64,000 nucleotides of DNA from Schizochytrium sp. TIO01. Lineage: Eukaryota; Protista; Bigyra: Labyrinthulomycetes. The notes beneath the pieces are model-generated. The model was not told where the DNA came from. It searched no databases and saw only the letters and a list, made by a program, of their open reading frames with translations. Numbering within the stretch: position 1 is the first letter of the stretch; the number at the start of each line of letters is the position of its first letter. The position numbers and the translations under genes are program-made. The DNA lies in NCBI GenBank assembly GCA_004764695.1, contig SMSO01000032.1, positions 2,728,001-2,792,000 on the forward strand, written 5' to 3'. This document shows positions 43,113-55,540 of this stretch, piece by piece.

Positions 43113-44213
43113 ATGACAGTGCTTTCCGTGAGTAGCATCTTTGCTATCTTTGTTGCAGTAATTGCATATCGTTGGTCACAAGTTCGACCCAGAGTCGATT
43201 GGACCCCGCTGGAGGGAGAGCATAATTTTCCAGGATGTCCAGACACTACTCAAACTACGACTGTAATGTTTGGTGCGACTTCGATGCTTGGAAAGTATAT
43301 TGTTGAGTCATACCGCGCTGATGAAAGTATTTGCATTGTCAACTTTGCGCGTAGCAAATGCAAGGACTGCCATGTAAACGTTAAGGGAGACCTCCGCGAT
43401 ACACGCCATATGCACCGCGTTCTGGATTTTTACCAGCCTGAGACTGTTCTGACGTCTGTCAAACCTCCTCTTGAAGGCATGCACTACAAGGTGTACATTG
43501 AACTTAACTTACTTAGCATGTTGGAACTCATTAAGGCTGCTAAGGCCAAGGGTGTCAAGCAGTTTATCTATGTCTCGAGCATTGCCGCAGCAAGCCACTA
43601 CCTACCTCACCTAAACACAACTGAAAAGGATCCCCAGCCGTTCTACACTGACTACGAGGCGCCTTACGACGTCTCCAAACGTGTCGCTGAGGATGCTTTG
43701 TTGGCGGCTCATGAAGCCGGGGTGTTTTCTACTATTAGCATCCGCACGAGTGGAATTATTGGTGGCCCTAAAGACCCATACAACTTTTACTACTCCTCGT
43801 TTCCGTTTGTTCCGTCGTTCAACACACCCTCAATTGTGGATATCAACTATGCTGGCAACATTGGTGATGCTCTTTATGTTGTGCACCAGACCTTGTTGAA
43901 GAACCCGGAGCTCGGTGGTCAGTATTACTACTATACCGGTGAGCATCTCTCCGAACAGGCTCAGGCAGAAATGACTGCTGCTATTCGCGGTGTTCCCGTG
44001 CTCACATTGCCTTACTGGGCGTTAGAGGCCTTCATTTCTGTGGCTCAGTATTTGCGCTTTGAACACAATATCTACAACATGGTGGATATGCTTCGCATGG
44101 CCACAGTTCCGCAGGTTTTTGACAACTCCAAGTTCTTCCAGGCATTCCCGGACTTCAAGCCCAAGTATACCATGGAGGAAGCTATCTACCAAGTCTACAG
44201 CCCTGATGTATAG
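43113..44213 (+). CDS. Extended SDR, NAD-dependent epimerase / 3-beta-hydroxysteroid dehydrogenase-like, N-terminal membrane anchor
   Basis: Motifs 'VMFGATSMLGKYIV', 'GDLRD', 'FIYVSSIAA' and YxxxK 'YDVSK'. Confidence 0.85.
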   Translation: MTVLSVSSIFAIFVAVIAYRWSQVRPRVDWTPLEGEHNFPGCPDTTQTTTVMFGATSMLGKYIVESYRADESICIVNFARSKCKDCHVNVKGDLRDTRHMHRVLDFYQPETVLTSVKPPLEGMHYKVYIELNLLSMLELIKAAKAKGVKQFIYVSSIAAASHYLPHLNTTEKDPQPFYTDYEAPYDVSKRVAEDALLAAHEAGVFSTISIRTSGIIGGPKDPYNFYYSSFPFVPSFNTPSIVDINYAGNIGDALYVVHQTLLKNPELGGQYYYYTGEHLSEQAQAEMTAAIRGVPVLTLPYWALEAFISVAQYLRFEHNIYNMVDMLRMATVPQVFDNSKFFQAFPDFKPKYTMEEAIYQVYSPDV

Positions 44214-44849
44214 ATAAGTGCAATGGTACGCGATCAATGAATAGAACATTTGTGAGAACAACACTACCAACACAACAGTTGATCGCGTTTCTCAATGCAA
44301 GACAGTTTGTGATATGATATCACTCCAAGACACCTTTCAATATGCTTAAAGCTCAGTATTAGTCTCAATTTTTGTAAATGCTTGTTGCGTTTTCAACGGT
44401 ATGTAGGGGTTCCTTAACTATTTTAAAAAGCGTAGTTCAATCCTTTATTATTATTTTTAAATATGTATTTAGGAAAGATTATAAAAGAAAAGAAGAAAGA
44501 TGCGTGGTCAATGCGAGGGAAGCTGGTCTTCTTTTTTGCACTTTTGTCTACTTCCATTCTTTGGATATAATGAGTTGAGAGGATCCATCTCGCGACTAGG
44601 AAACATTAACTACGGACTTTCCAGGACACACCACACAATCCCAGAATCAAGGTTTTAAGATGACGGATAGAAAGTTAACTTTCTTCATCTCTTTTTAATT
44701 GTAGGTCACCAACATTGTACAACAAACAGCAAGATACATGTACGATCCATTTGCCAATTTGCACGAGGTTTAGAGAATGAAGAATGCGAGGAAGGGACGA
44801 ACCCCTTTGGCTTGCATACCAATCTAGTCGTCATATTTTTGTCGATTTT

Positions 44850-46775
44850 CTATAAGCTCCCAAAGGCTGAAGGAGCAAACATTTTCCATGTTCGATCGTA
44901 CGAACATGTGAGAATAGAATCACTAGACGGGCTCCATGCCACGCCGGTCACCATCTTATCGTGAGCCCGCAGCTCTGTCAAGTAAAGACCTTCCGCAGCA
45001 TCCCAGAGTTTGCACGAACAGTCATAGGAAGAGGTGGCGAGCACGGCGCCACGAAGAGGGTCAAAGCGCACATCTCGAACAATCGACATGTGTCCTGGAA
45101 GTGTGTGGAGTGTTTTGCACGTGCGGAGGTCCCACACCCGTGCGCTGTTATCTGATGATCCTGTAGCAGCGAGATACCCATTTACAGAGAAATCTGCAGC
45201 AAGCACCTGGCCAGCATGTCCCATTAGAGTTTGGATTGATTTTCCAGACCGCAAGTCCCACAAACGAACTACACCTGCAAGATCACCTGACATAGTAAGC
45301 GAACCATCGGGGTGGAAACCGAAAGCATAAACCGCGGCGTCATGACCTTCCTGCATTAACAATTCCTTCTGCATTTCAATGTCCCATAAACGCCATGTCT
45401 GATCATAACTACTTGTTCCAACGTAAGATCCCATGGGGTGCCACGCAACACGGCTTAGGCGTTGTAAATGACCCTCAAGGGTGAGAGTAGGTTTGAGACT
45501 CTTTGCAAGCTCCTCGGCAAGCTCAGCCTCAGCTTGGTCTGTGCCAACAGCTTCATCTGCACCAACAACATCCTCCGGATTAATACTTGTGTTTGACCCA
45601 GGCTCCGATTTCATCACAACGTCTTCTCCGCTTTCATTCTGTTTTTCAAGCTTTTGTTCGTGAATTGTCGTGTGTAAAGGTACCCGCCAAATCTTTGCAG
45701 TGCAGTCAGCAGATGCTGTTGCTACAAGAAAATGGTCATCGCCGGCACCAGATGCCTGTTCTTGCGTCGCTACATCTACAACTCGTTCCTTATGATCAGC
45801 CATGGTCCATACATGTTCAAAGCTGTGCCTATCCCACACACGCACCCATCCACTCGCCGCTCCTGTGACCATTCTCGGTTGGTGTTTTGCCACCGCACAG
45901 CATGTGAGCGGCCTCCGGTCTCCCACTTGGCTTGCCTCCACTACTGAGTGTTTTAATTTTTCCTCAAACTCAATAATCTCATCATCAGCCTCCAGAAGTC
46001 TTTGTTGTGTTGTACTTTGTTCTCGCTCCTTATCTAGTCGGTCTTTTGCTCTCTTCCATGAGAACTCACACATTTTCTTGCGAGCCTCTACGAGTTCGGC
46101 GCTGGCAGCTGTATAGAATGTCTTCTGCTTAAATTTGCTGTCCTTGGATCCATCTTCATCGATCTCCATATCTTCATCGTCTCCCCGAATTCCGGAAACA
46201 CGGGACTTTTTCCTTTCTCGGGCTACAGCGGCGCTTGCTCGATTGAGGCGTTCAAGAATTTCGTTCTTCTCAGAGGAGTCAACCTCCAGCTCAGCAAGGT
46301 GATTGCGAAGACGCTCTCGACGGTCTGCAGGGCGTTCTCCAAAAAGGCAAATGGGTTCGCCGAGTTCACGAAGTTGCGCACGAACCTGGCCGTCATCCGT
46401 CGGCACGACCAGTGTTCGTGCCTTGCGTTTGGTTTCAAGTTCTAGTAGTGCCAGAGCACGTTTTTCTTGCTCTCGCAGTGTTGATGCGCTTAAATCGAGC
46501 GTCTCAGAGGACTCTGTACTGATGTTTATGTTACCGCTCGCAACGCCTGCAGCAAGATCGCTATATTCGTCATGGACACCGTCGACGCCACCACCATTCC
46601 CGTCCGCTGCATCTCGAGCCGAGGACTCCAGGCTGCCAAAGTGGACCCGGGGTCGCGAACTACCAGCCGGGGAGGCGGTTTCATTGTCTCCATTACCCAT
46701 GGGATCACACGCTGGCGGTCCGGGCTCTGAGAGCGTAGTTGATGGTTTGGTATCTGACTTATGTTTGTTTATCAT
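44850..46775 (-). CDS. PRPF4: U4/U6 snRNP protein Prp4 (WD40)
   Basis: PRP4 domain 'VPTDDGQVRAQLRELGEPICLFGERPADRRERLR', 'SQVGDRRP' and WD40 repeats. The start may instead be at 46700. Confidence 0.95.
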   Translation of the reverse strand: MINKHKSDTKPSTTLSEPGPPACDPMGNGDNETASPAGSSRPRVHFGSLESSARDAADGNGGGVDGVHDEYSDLAAGVASGNINISTESSETLDLSASTLREQEKRALALLELETKRKARTLVVPTDDGQVRAQLRELGEPICLFGERPADRRERLRNHLAELEVDSSEKNEILERLNRASAAVARERKKSRVSGIRGDDEDMEIDEDGSKDSKFKQKTFYTAASAELVEARKKMCEFSWKRAKDRLDKEREQSTTQQRLLEADDEIIEFEEKLKHSVVEASQVGDRRPLTCCAVAKHQPRMVTGAASGWVRVWDRHSFEHVWTMADHKERVVDVATQEQASGAGDDHFLVATASADCTAKIWRVPLHTTIHEQKLEKQNESGEDVVMKSEPGSNTSINPEDVVGADEAVGTDQAEAELAEELAKSLKPTLTLEGHLQRLSRVAWHPMGSYVGTSSYDQTWRLWDIEMQKELLMQEGHDAAVYAFGFHPDGSLTMSGDLAGVVRLWDLRSGKSIQTLMGHAGQVLAADFSVNGYLAATGSSDNSARVWDLRTCKTLHTLPGHMSIVRDVRFDPLRGAVLATSSYDCSCKLWDAAEGLYLTELRAHDKMVTGVAWSPSSDSILTCSYDRTWKMFAPSAFGSL

Positions 46776-47195
46776 TTATCTTCTCTGTCCTTTTTTTGCC
46801 ATCCCAAAGCTTCTACATAAGGAAAACGTAACATGCCATTGATACCCAGACTTTACCTAAGAAGTGACAAGTTTGATTTTCGTGCGTCACAAGGTATAGT
46901 TAGAACCCGGTAAGGCAGAGTGGAAATTGCCCTGTGGACACCGCTCAACAATCATACACGATTAACCTCTATTCTACTTTGTTTCGAGCTATTGGGACTT
47001 TTCTCAAGAACAAATCTCTGTCTAAGAAATTAGATTCAAGGGCTTGTGCCGGAGAAGGGATCTTCCACAGCAGAAGTTGGGGCAGAGGGATGAAAAATGA
47101 TACATCTTTAAATGTGAGTTAGTGTAGCAGCGGTTGGTGCCCTAAGAATATAATAGTCAAAAGTCGCGCTTGCGAAGTTGTAATAGAATTGCACA

Positions 47196-48185
47196 TTAGG
47201 TCTTGTTGAAATTGTCGAGCCATTGGCGCTTGAGAGAAAGGTCTCGAGCTTGAAGACGCTTCCTGAGTTTGGGCGGCAAGCGTGCCTGCAGACCGTTAGG
47301 ATCTCGGGCTGGGTTCCAAAGCCTGAGCCTACCTTGTGGGTCATATGCCATTTTGGCGCCTTGGTGTCTCTTAGCACTTTCCAGTCCTAGTTCCAGCGTT
47401 GCCACAGCATGCATAAGGGCTTTGTTACGGCGAGAGCGCTTATCTGCTTTGGCCGCTTCTTGCGAACGTGTTTGATTGGCAAGGTTTGCTTCACGTGATT
47501 CTGCTGCTTCGGCGTTGGCTTTACGAACAGCTGCTCGTCTGGTTTCTTCTTCGCGTTTTCGTTGTGCTTGAACTGGGTTTACCTTAAACTTTGCTGCTGC
47601 ACGGACCTTGGTAATGGCGTCTTTGAATCTACTTCGAGCCAGATCTTTCTTCTCAAGGCGTTCGTCCACGCGTTCACCAGTAAGGTCTTTCTTCAACAGT
47701 TCGCGCACAAGGTTTTGTACGGCAATTCTGTCATCCCAGGAGTCAATTGAATGTTCGGATTCTACAAGAGCATCATCACTTTGATCCTCAGAACTCAAAT
47801 TCAGAGCATCACCACTTTGATCCTCAGAACTCAAATTCAGGGCTTCATCCCCTGCATTGATCGCAAACGTAGCTTCCTCCAATCCAGACTCATTTTTCTG
47901 TGTTGGCATTTGCATCTCCATCGTATGAATTACTCTGTCACATGCTGCACTAAGATCAAGGGGCTTGAATTTATTCTTGCTCCATTTTCTCTGCTGAAGT
48001 ACTCTTACTGCCCGAACTGCATTTCCACTTACGGTTTTGCTTTGGACGAATTCTCTCTCGTCTTGAAGCCCTTTTCCTGTCATCTGCTCATTCGTCACAT
48101 CAAACATAACCTTTTTCTTCTCCTTCTCTCCGCCATCTTCATTTTTCTCGCCATTTCCCATCCCACCGCTCTCTTCTTCGTTCAT
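47196..48185 (-). CDS. Hypothetical charged/coiled-coil protein
   Basis: 329-aa ORF, divergent from RPL35A, with no recognised domain. Confidence 0.6.
   Translation of the reverse strand: MNEEESGGMGNGEKNEDGGEKEKKKVMFDVTNEQMTGKGLQDEREFVQSKTVSGNAVRAVRVLQQRKWSKNKFKPLDLSAACDRVIHTMEMQMPTQKNESGLEEATFAINAGDEALNLSSEDQSGDALNLSSEDQSDDALVESEHSIDSWDDRIAVQNLVRELLKKDLTGERVDERLEKKDLARSRFKDAITKVRAAAKFKVNPVQAQRKREEETRRAAVRKANAEAAESREANLANQTRSQEAAKADKRSRRNKALMHAVATLELGLESAKRHQGAKMAYDPQGRLRLWNPARDPNGLQARLPPKLRKRLQARDLSLKRQWLDNFNKT
47767..47849. repeat. 36-bp in-frame tandem duplication (ALNLSSEDQS x2)
   Basis: The unit agagcatca[t/c]cactttgatcctcagaactcaaattc occurs twice, plus a partial third copy. Confidence 0.9.
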
Positions 48186-48590
48186 TGTTTACCATTTCCA
48201 TCTCCATTCCCTTATCTTCCCAAGAGTTCGCCCTTCGAATAGGTACTTTTCCTCGTCCTCTTGCTTCTCCTCGTACTCCACGTACTGCATCATTCCTCAC
48301 TCCATATCGCACACACTCTTTCGCACACTCTTTCACACACTCATCCGTTTGCCATCCCCATCAGTCTCCGTTCCGTTTATTTTATCATTAAGAACGGCGC
48401 TTATTTGCGCCGAATCGATATGGCCCTAACCCTGGCCCGTTTGGGTGGCTGTGGTTGGCGGGCAGTGTGAGGGGGGCATACTAGGAGTCACTGTGGTGGC
48501 GGAGGCGAAGGGAGGCGAGCACGGCAGCAGAGTCCTGATCACACAGAGTCGCGAGCGAAGGAACGCGCGCAGACACCAGGCAACAACAAG

Positions 48591-49645
48591 ATGCCGGGCG
48601 GCAACGTCGCGTACCAGGGAAGCGCCCTCAAGGCCACCCCCCGTCAGCTCAACAAGGCTGTTGGAGTTAAGAAGGCCTCCGAGGCCACCGCCCCCGTCAG
48701 GTGAGTGCATGATGAAGATGCTGATGAACAGCATGGACCGCAACTACAAAGCAAAGGATTGAATTGTCTGCCTGCGATGAAAGCGATGGAAATCAGCGGG
48801 GAGCGACAGAATCAACGAGAACGAGGATGCAGATACACGTGAAAGGGACTCTTTACGCGGTCGAGGCGGAGATCGAAGTGGACCTTCCACAGGACCAGCC
48901 TTTCAACCACTCATTGACCATTATGGAGACATTGACATTAGCCTCGTTGACATCAACATGCATAGCAAGCAGCTTGGTTAGGTTGAGGAACTGAGTTGGC
49001 ACAGCTCACAATTGACGCACGATGTGGTTTATCGAGAATTGATGGGCTGGGTTCCACGATTGTCCGCATTAGGCCAGCCAGCCAACCAATGGTGTCTACA
49101 GTAATAATGAGCAGTATGAGTGCCTGAAGAAAGTTCGCCATTCACTTGCCTGAGCTTTGTTGAATAGAATAATCATTCGCTGGCTTGAGTGTCATTGGTG
49201 CATCTGTTTTCTCGTAGGGTCGCTTGTTTTTGTGGGATCGTGGCGTGGAAATCAGTTGATATGGAAATAATTGTAAGGACTAGTTGACTGACGATAATTT
49301 TTTGATGCATATAATTTACTATTAAACCAACACAGGCTGTGGGTTAAGGGCGTTTTCGTCTCCTACACCGGCGGCAAGAAGAACACCTACCACCACACTG
49401 CCATCGTCAAGCTTCAGGACTTGAACGACAAGGATGATGTCCCCTTCTACCTCGGCAAGAAGCTCGCATACATCTACAAGGTGAAGAAGGCTGACAAGTT
49501 CGGCAGCAAGTTCCGCGTTATTTGGGGTAAGGTCTGCCGTGCCCACGGCAACAACGGTGCCGTCCGCGCCAAGTTCACCTCCAACCTCCCCCCCAAGGCG
49601 CTCGGCAAGCCCGTGCGCTGCTTCCTGTACCCGAGCCACGTGTAA
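48591..49645 (+). CDS. RPL35A: 60S ribosomal protein L35a/eL33; join(48591..48700,49336..49645)
   Basis: Motifs 'RLWVKGVF...FYLGKKLAYIY...RVIWGKVCRAHGNNGAVRAKF..NLPP...LYPS'. A GTGAGT...CAG intron lies at 48701-49335. Confidence 0.95.
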
Positions 49646-51439
49646 GTCACTCGGTTTGATTGGATAGCTGCATCTTTTTCTACTATGATTGCGCCGTTTA
49701 TTGTTCCATTTCACTCGAATTTCTGGAGTAATCTTGCCTCATCTTGGATTGATTATTCACATGGTAGAAATACCTGTGCTTGTCCCTGTTTATCTCTGTT
49801 ATCCTGTGTATGGAGTTGTTTCCAAAACATATTGCCAACTTGTCTTGATCTCTCTCTCTCTTTCCTGCTGCATCCTGTTCCCCTGAGGTTCACGCCAAGT
49901 ACGAGTTTTAGGACATCTTTGTGTTGTGAAATATATTTAGTAGGGGCGTCGCTCTTGACAGCTATTTGCCAAGTTTATCTTGAACTGATGGTGTTACTTT
50001 TTTGGAAAAGGAAATTCTTGATTGTGTGGTATTGCTACTAGCTGTTCTTTACAGGAGCACAGGATTTCAAAAGGTGATCGCATTTTCGAAGTTTCGAATA
50101 GAGAAACAGAGTCAAGGTAGCATCTATGGTTTCTGGGCGTTCCTCAAAGTCCCTTTTAAGAATGTAATATAGACAACAATGCACTGAGTTTCCTTGACAA
50201 ACCTATAGACAATAAGTGCGAAAGGCTAGTGCCAATACTGCATGGGATGTGCAGAATATTTTAAGTCTTCCTTCACTGTTGCCTTGCTCCTCGCTGTGCT
50301 CTGTTGCAACGCACAAAAGTTGAGTATAGGTAAGCTCTAGGCTCGTTTTCTTCGCCATCGTTGTATAGTTGGCTACCTTTTATTTTTCCTTCCAACGAGG
50401 ATACCATAGAGCAGAACGACAGGAGGGACTCCAGGTACTCTCTGCACTTATCAAGTTTATTTCTTATTGACGAAAAACTCACGAGACGCTACCTACCCTA
50501 CCCTTCGCTAAACTTGTCTCCCATCAAGGCACCATTGGGGCTCCTAATTTAGCTTCTTCTCAATCTCTGCCTAGCTATCGACCGTGGAGCTATTTTCGTA
50601 TGACAAGCTGGATGGCGAATCCATTCATTCCATATCTCTAAAATCCAGCATCTGAAGCGAAACATGAGATTTTCATTTTACCTTCTGAAAAGCCGTGGGA
50701 CGAACTCTACCATAGGCAGCAAGTGCCTTCGACAGTCCAGGACAACGACCTTTGCCTTCCTCGCACAAATGTCACTGCACGAATTAACTTAGGTATTACA
50801 TGCAATAAGAACCGCCAGCGAAACATCATCATACTATAAGCAGGCCCAACAAAACCTAGCTAAACTAACTAACTAAAGTTTGCCAAAGCGAGGTAAAAAG
50901 ACCCAGTGTCCGCTCTCGGGGACTCAATGGAGCAGCCACGTGGTCAGCACAGAGGCTTCCTAGTCCCTTCGCAAGCGTCCGCGGTGCGTTCCGTATCTAT
51001 GCTCTAGCTGCAGATGTGGCCGCTCAACAGCGGTGCCGGGGGTCGAACTAGAGCCCATCTGCATTACATCTTGAGCCATGCTGATTTGTATTCAAAGCAA
51101 CTCCAGGGCTATTGGGTTGTGCAATTCCAGTCAGGCAGGCGTCCTCGAGAATTGAAACAAAATCAAAATCTTCTGCGAGAAGAACTTTGTAAGGCGTGCG
51201 GGGGTTGTGTTGCAGGGTTAGCCCCTGCAGCGAAGCTCGACGTGAGTCAAACTAGTTTGTCTCTGTCTGGACCCATTTGGTTAAATAGGCTGCTTTCGAA
51301 GGCGGCGGAATCCACGTTTGACCGTCACCACTCCGACTGCAGGACGCCTCTGCGGTTGCGAACTTGGCGAGAAGAAGACCTTTTCTGAGCCCAGAAATCA
51401 AGATAAAAATCTATCCAAACTAAGATCTTGTTGACCAAA

Positions 51440-52809
51440 ATGGCGAAGAGCGCTAAGAAGAACTCTGCCGCAGACCCTGCTGCGAAGGCTGCTGCTGCGA
51501 AGGCTGCTGCCGCAGCTAAGTCCAAGAAAAACGAAGGACCCAGCTGGCTATCTACGCTTTATGTAGCAGTTGGTGTTGGCGTACTTGCTGCCATACTGGC
51601 AGGCTACTTTGCTAGCAGTGACCCTGCAGAGATGGCTAAGAAAAGGGCGGAGCAGCTCAATATTCCTGCGGCAGAGGATCGCAGTGGAGGTATGAGCGTA
51701 CATGATATCAAGGAGCGTGCAGCAACTCTTCCTTGCAAGAATCGTCACCGCGACCAAGATTGCCACCACTGGGCATCTCTGGGCCACTGCGCAGTTGCGC
51801 CTGGATGGATGGCTGTGTTTTGCCCGGCAAGTTGCAATATCTGTGAGCTGAGGGACCCGAATGTGCGCTGCGATGCTGAGCGAATCGGCTACGATCGTGT
51901 ACCTGCTCTGCAACCGGGTTCTGTGACTGACCTTTTCTCAGACCTTGGCGAGCGGTACCCAGAGTACAACATCACTTACTTGTCCAAGCCGCCTGAGGGT
52001 CCATGGGTGGTCAAGTTCAACAATTTTCTCAGTGATTTGGAGATCAACACTCTCATTGACCAGGCGGCTGGAGGCCTGAAACGAAGCACTGATCAGGGTG
52101 ACTTTAGCGAAGATGGTGTGCAGGCACAAGTTATTTCGAAGGGCCGTACTAGCGAAAATTCCTGGTGTGATACTGACTGTGAGGCAAACCCGATCGTAGC
52201 TGGCGTGATGGATCGCATTGCTGAGATTACAAAGGTGCCTGTTGAAAACTTCGAGTCTTTCCAACTTTTGCGTTATAAGATTGGCCAGGAGTATACTCGT
52301 CACCATGATGCTTCGGCCTCAGATAACAAGCTTCTCTCTGGTCCGCGTATTTATACTTTTTTTCTGTATCTTTCCGATGTTGAGGAAGGTGGTGGCACCC
52401 GTTTTACTGATATCAAACCGCCTATCACTAATGCGGCTGAACGTGGTACTGGTAAGTTTTCCCTTATTTTGAGATCTGAGCAGAGCAGGATAGCGAAGTA
52501 ACTAGTTTAATCTATCCCAGAGTAAAATTGGTTATATGTAATGTAGAATGGGGGAAGGATAGGACACTAACTTCAACCTTGGAATGAATGTCAATCATGA
52601 TAAAAATTGTATTATCACGACTCACCACAGCAATTCTTTGGCCGAGTGTGACGGACGAGGACCCGACAGTGATCGAAAGGCAGACTTACCACCAGGCCCT
52701 TCCGGTGATCAAGGGCACGAAGCTTGCAGCGAATATTTGGATTCACCAGTACAACTACAAGGTGCCAAATCTTCATGGTTGCACAGGTAGCTTTACAGAG
52801 ATGGATTAA
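51440..52809 (+). CDS. Prolyl 4-hydroxylase alpha-like with ShKT domain, type II membrane; join(51440..52451,52631..52809)
   Basis: TM helix, ShK 'C..WA..GHC...PGWMAVFCPASCNIC', and P4H motifs 'QLLRY..GQEY..HHD', 'RIYTFFLYLSDVEEGGGTRF', 'HQALPVIKGTK'. A GTAAGT...CAG intron lies at 52452-52630. Confidence 0.92.
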
Positions 52810-54205
52810 ACTCAGGTATCGTTAGGTCTACATGTGCTGTTGCCAGCAGCTCTTTCTGTCGCCATCGTAGTTTCAATGCGCTATGGCCTCAGTTGTGATT
52901 GTGAACGGGTGCAATGAGCAAACGCAAAATGAAAACAGGAGCAAACTATTTACATACACCTCCACTTATCTTTTTCTTCGTCCTTGCGAGAACATCTCTT
53001 TATATAAAAAAGAATACGTCGAGATAGAATTAACATAATCCAAAATCAGTAGGTCCACCAATTAGAAGCCAAACAAAAGCACAAGTATTAATGGAGTTTG
53101 GAACCTAATTTCTGAGAGCCTTTCAGCATTCAGTTTTCTTTTGCATCTAGCTGGTCTAAGAAAATGAGCCCAGGTAAAAACAAAGACAATTTTCTGACAA
53201 GGACGCTTTACTCTGCTACATACTAGAGTCTAATTTGGTTCTCTTTTGTAAAGTTGAAGTTTAAATCCTGAATCTCAAATTTTATGCTATGTTGTTTCTT
53301 TGAATGCCTTATGTTTGCATTGATCACTTATGATTGGTTGGATTTCTGCATTCGACTCCTTGTTTGTTGCATCTATTATCTATCAAGTGGTATTAATAAT
53401 ATTACAATTAGAATTAAAAAAGAAAGATTTTTTTTTAATAATTTTTTAAAATAATATATGTAAAGTAGATGAAAGATTGAACGAATTTTTATTTTTTTAA
53501 AAACTAATATCAGATTGACTCGTTCTAGGGCTTCCAGGATCGTATCAGTAAAAAGGTAACAGTTTTAGCGTGATCTTCCGGGAAAAAGGGCCAGTGAAAC
53601 CGTCTGTGACATGTTTCGATAATCCTGCACATGTCCACAGGGTAATTAAATTAAATGCCGACCCGGTTGTTATCTATGCTGTGCTTCAAGTTTTTTATGA
53701 CCCAGCTTATGAGAAGATATAGATGTGCGTACCTCAAAAGCTGATATATTCGAGAAAAGATATCATTTCAGCAAACACCATATTTATGCACACTGCACCT
53801 GCATTTCCTCAGCCATAGCAATCTATCACACAAATGGTAGAGTAAGCCAAGCCAAAAGAGAGACTCCGGACTTGATGAAAGATGCTTCGAGTGAAAAGAA
53901 GACAGAAATCAAAGTTTAAAAAAAGACTATCGAAATTGAGGTACAAAATGGTTTACGTTCTCTATCGTGCTGTTTGGAAAAAGGAAAGAGTAATGATGGG
54001 ATAGAACTTGAGAGTGTATATATAGCATCGTCGAAGACATGATGATCATCGCACATTTTCTCTTGAGGCACTAATGTGACTAAAGGGACGATGTGGGGAC
54101 CTGATTGTGTGCTGGTGTTGTGCGAGTAACAAAGGTCAGAAACTTCACTTACGCCAAGGAGGTTGGCGGTGAAGGACATGCAATCAATGTAGCAAACATA
54201 TGCGT

Positions 54206-55540
<1,335 letters not shown>

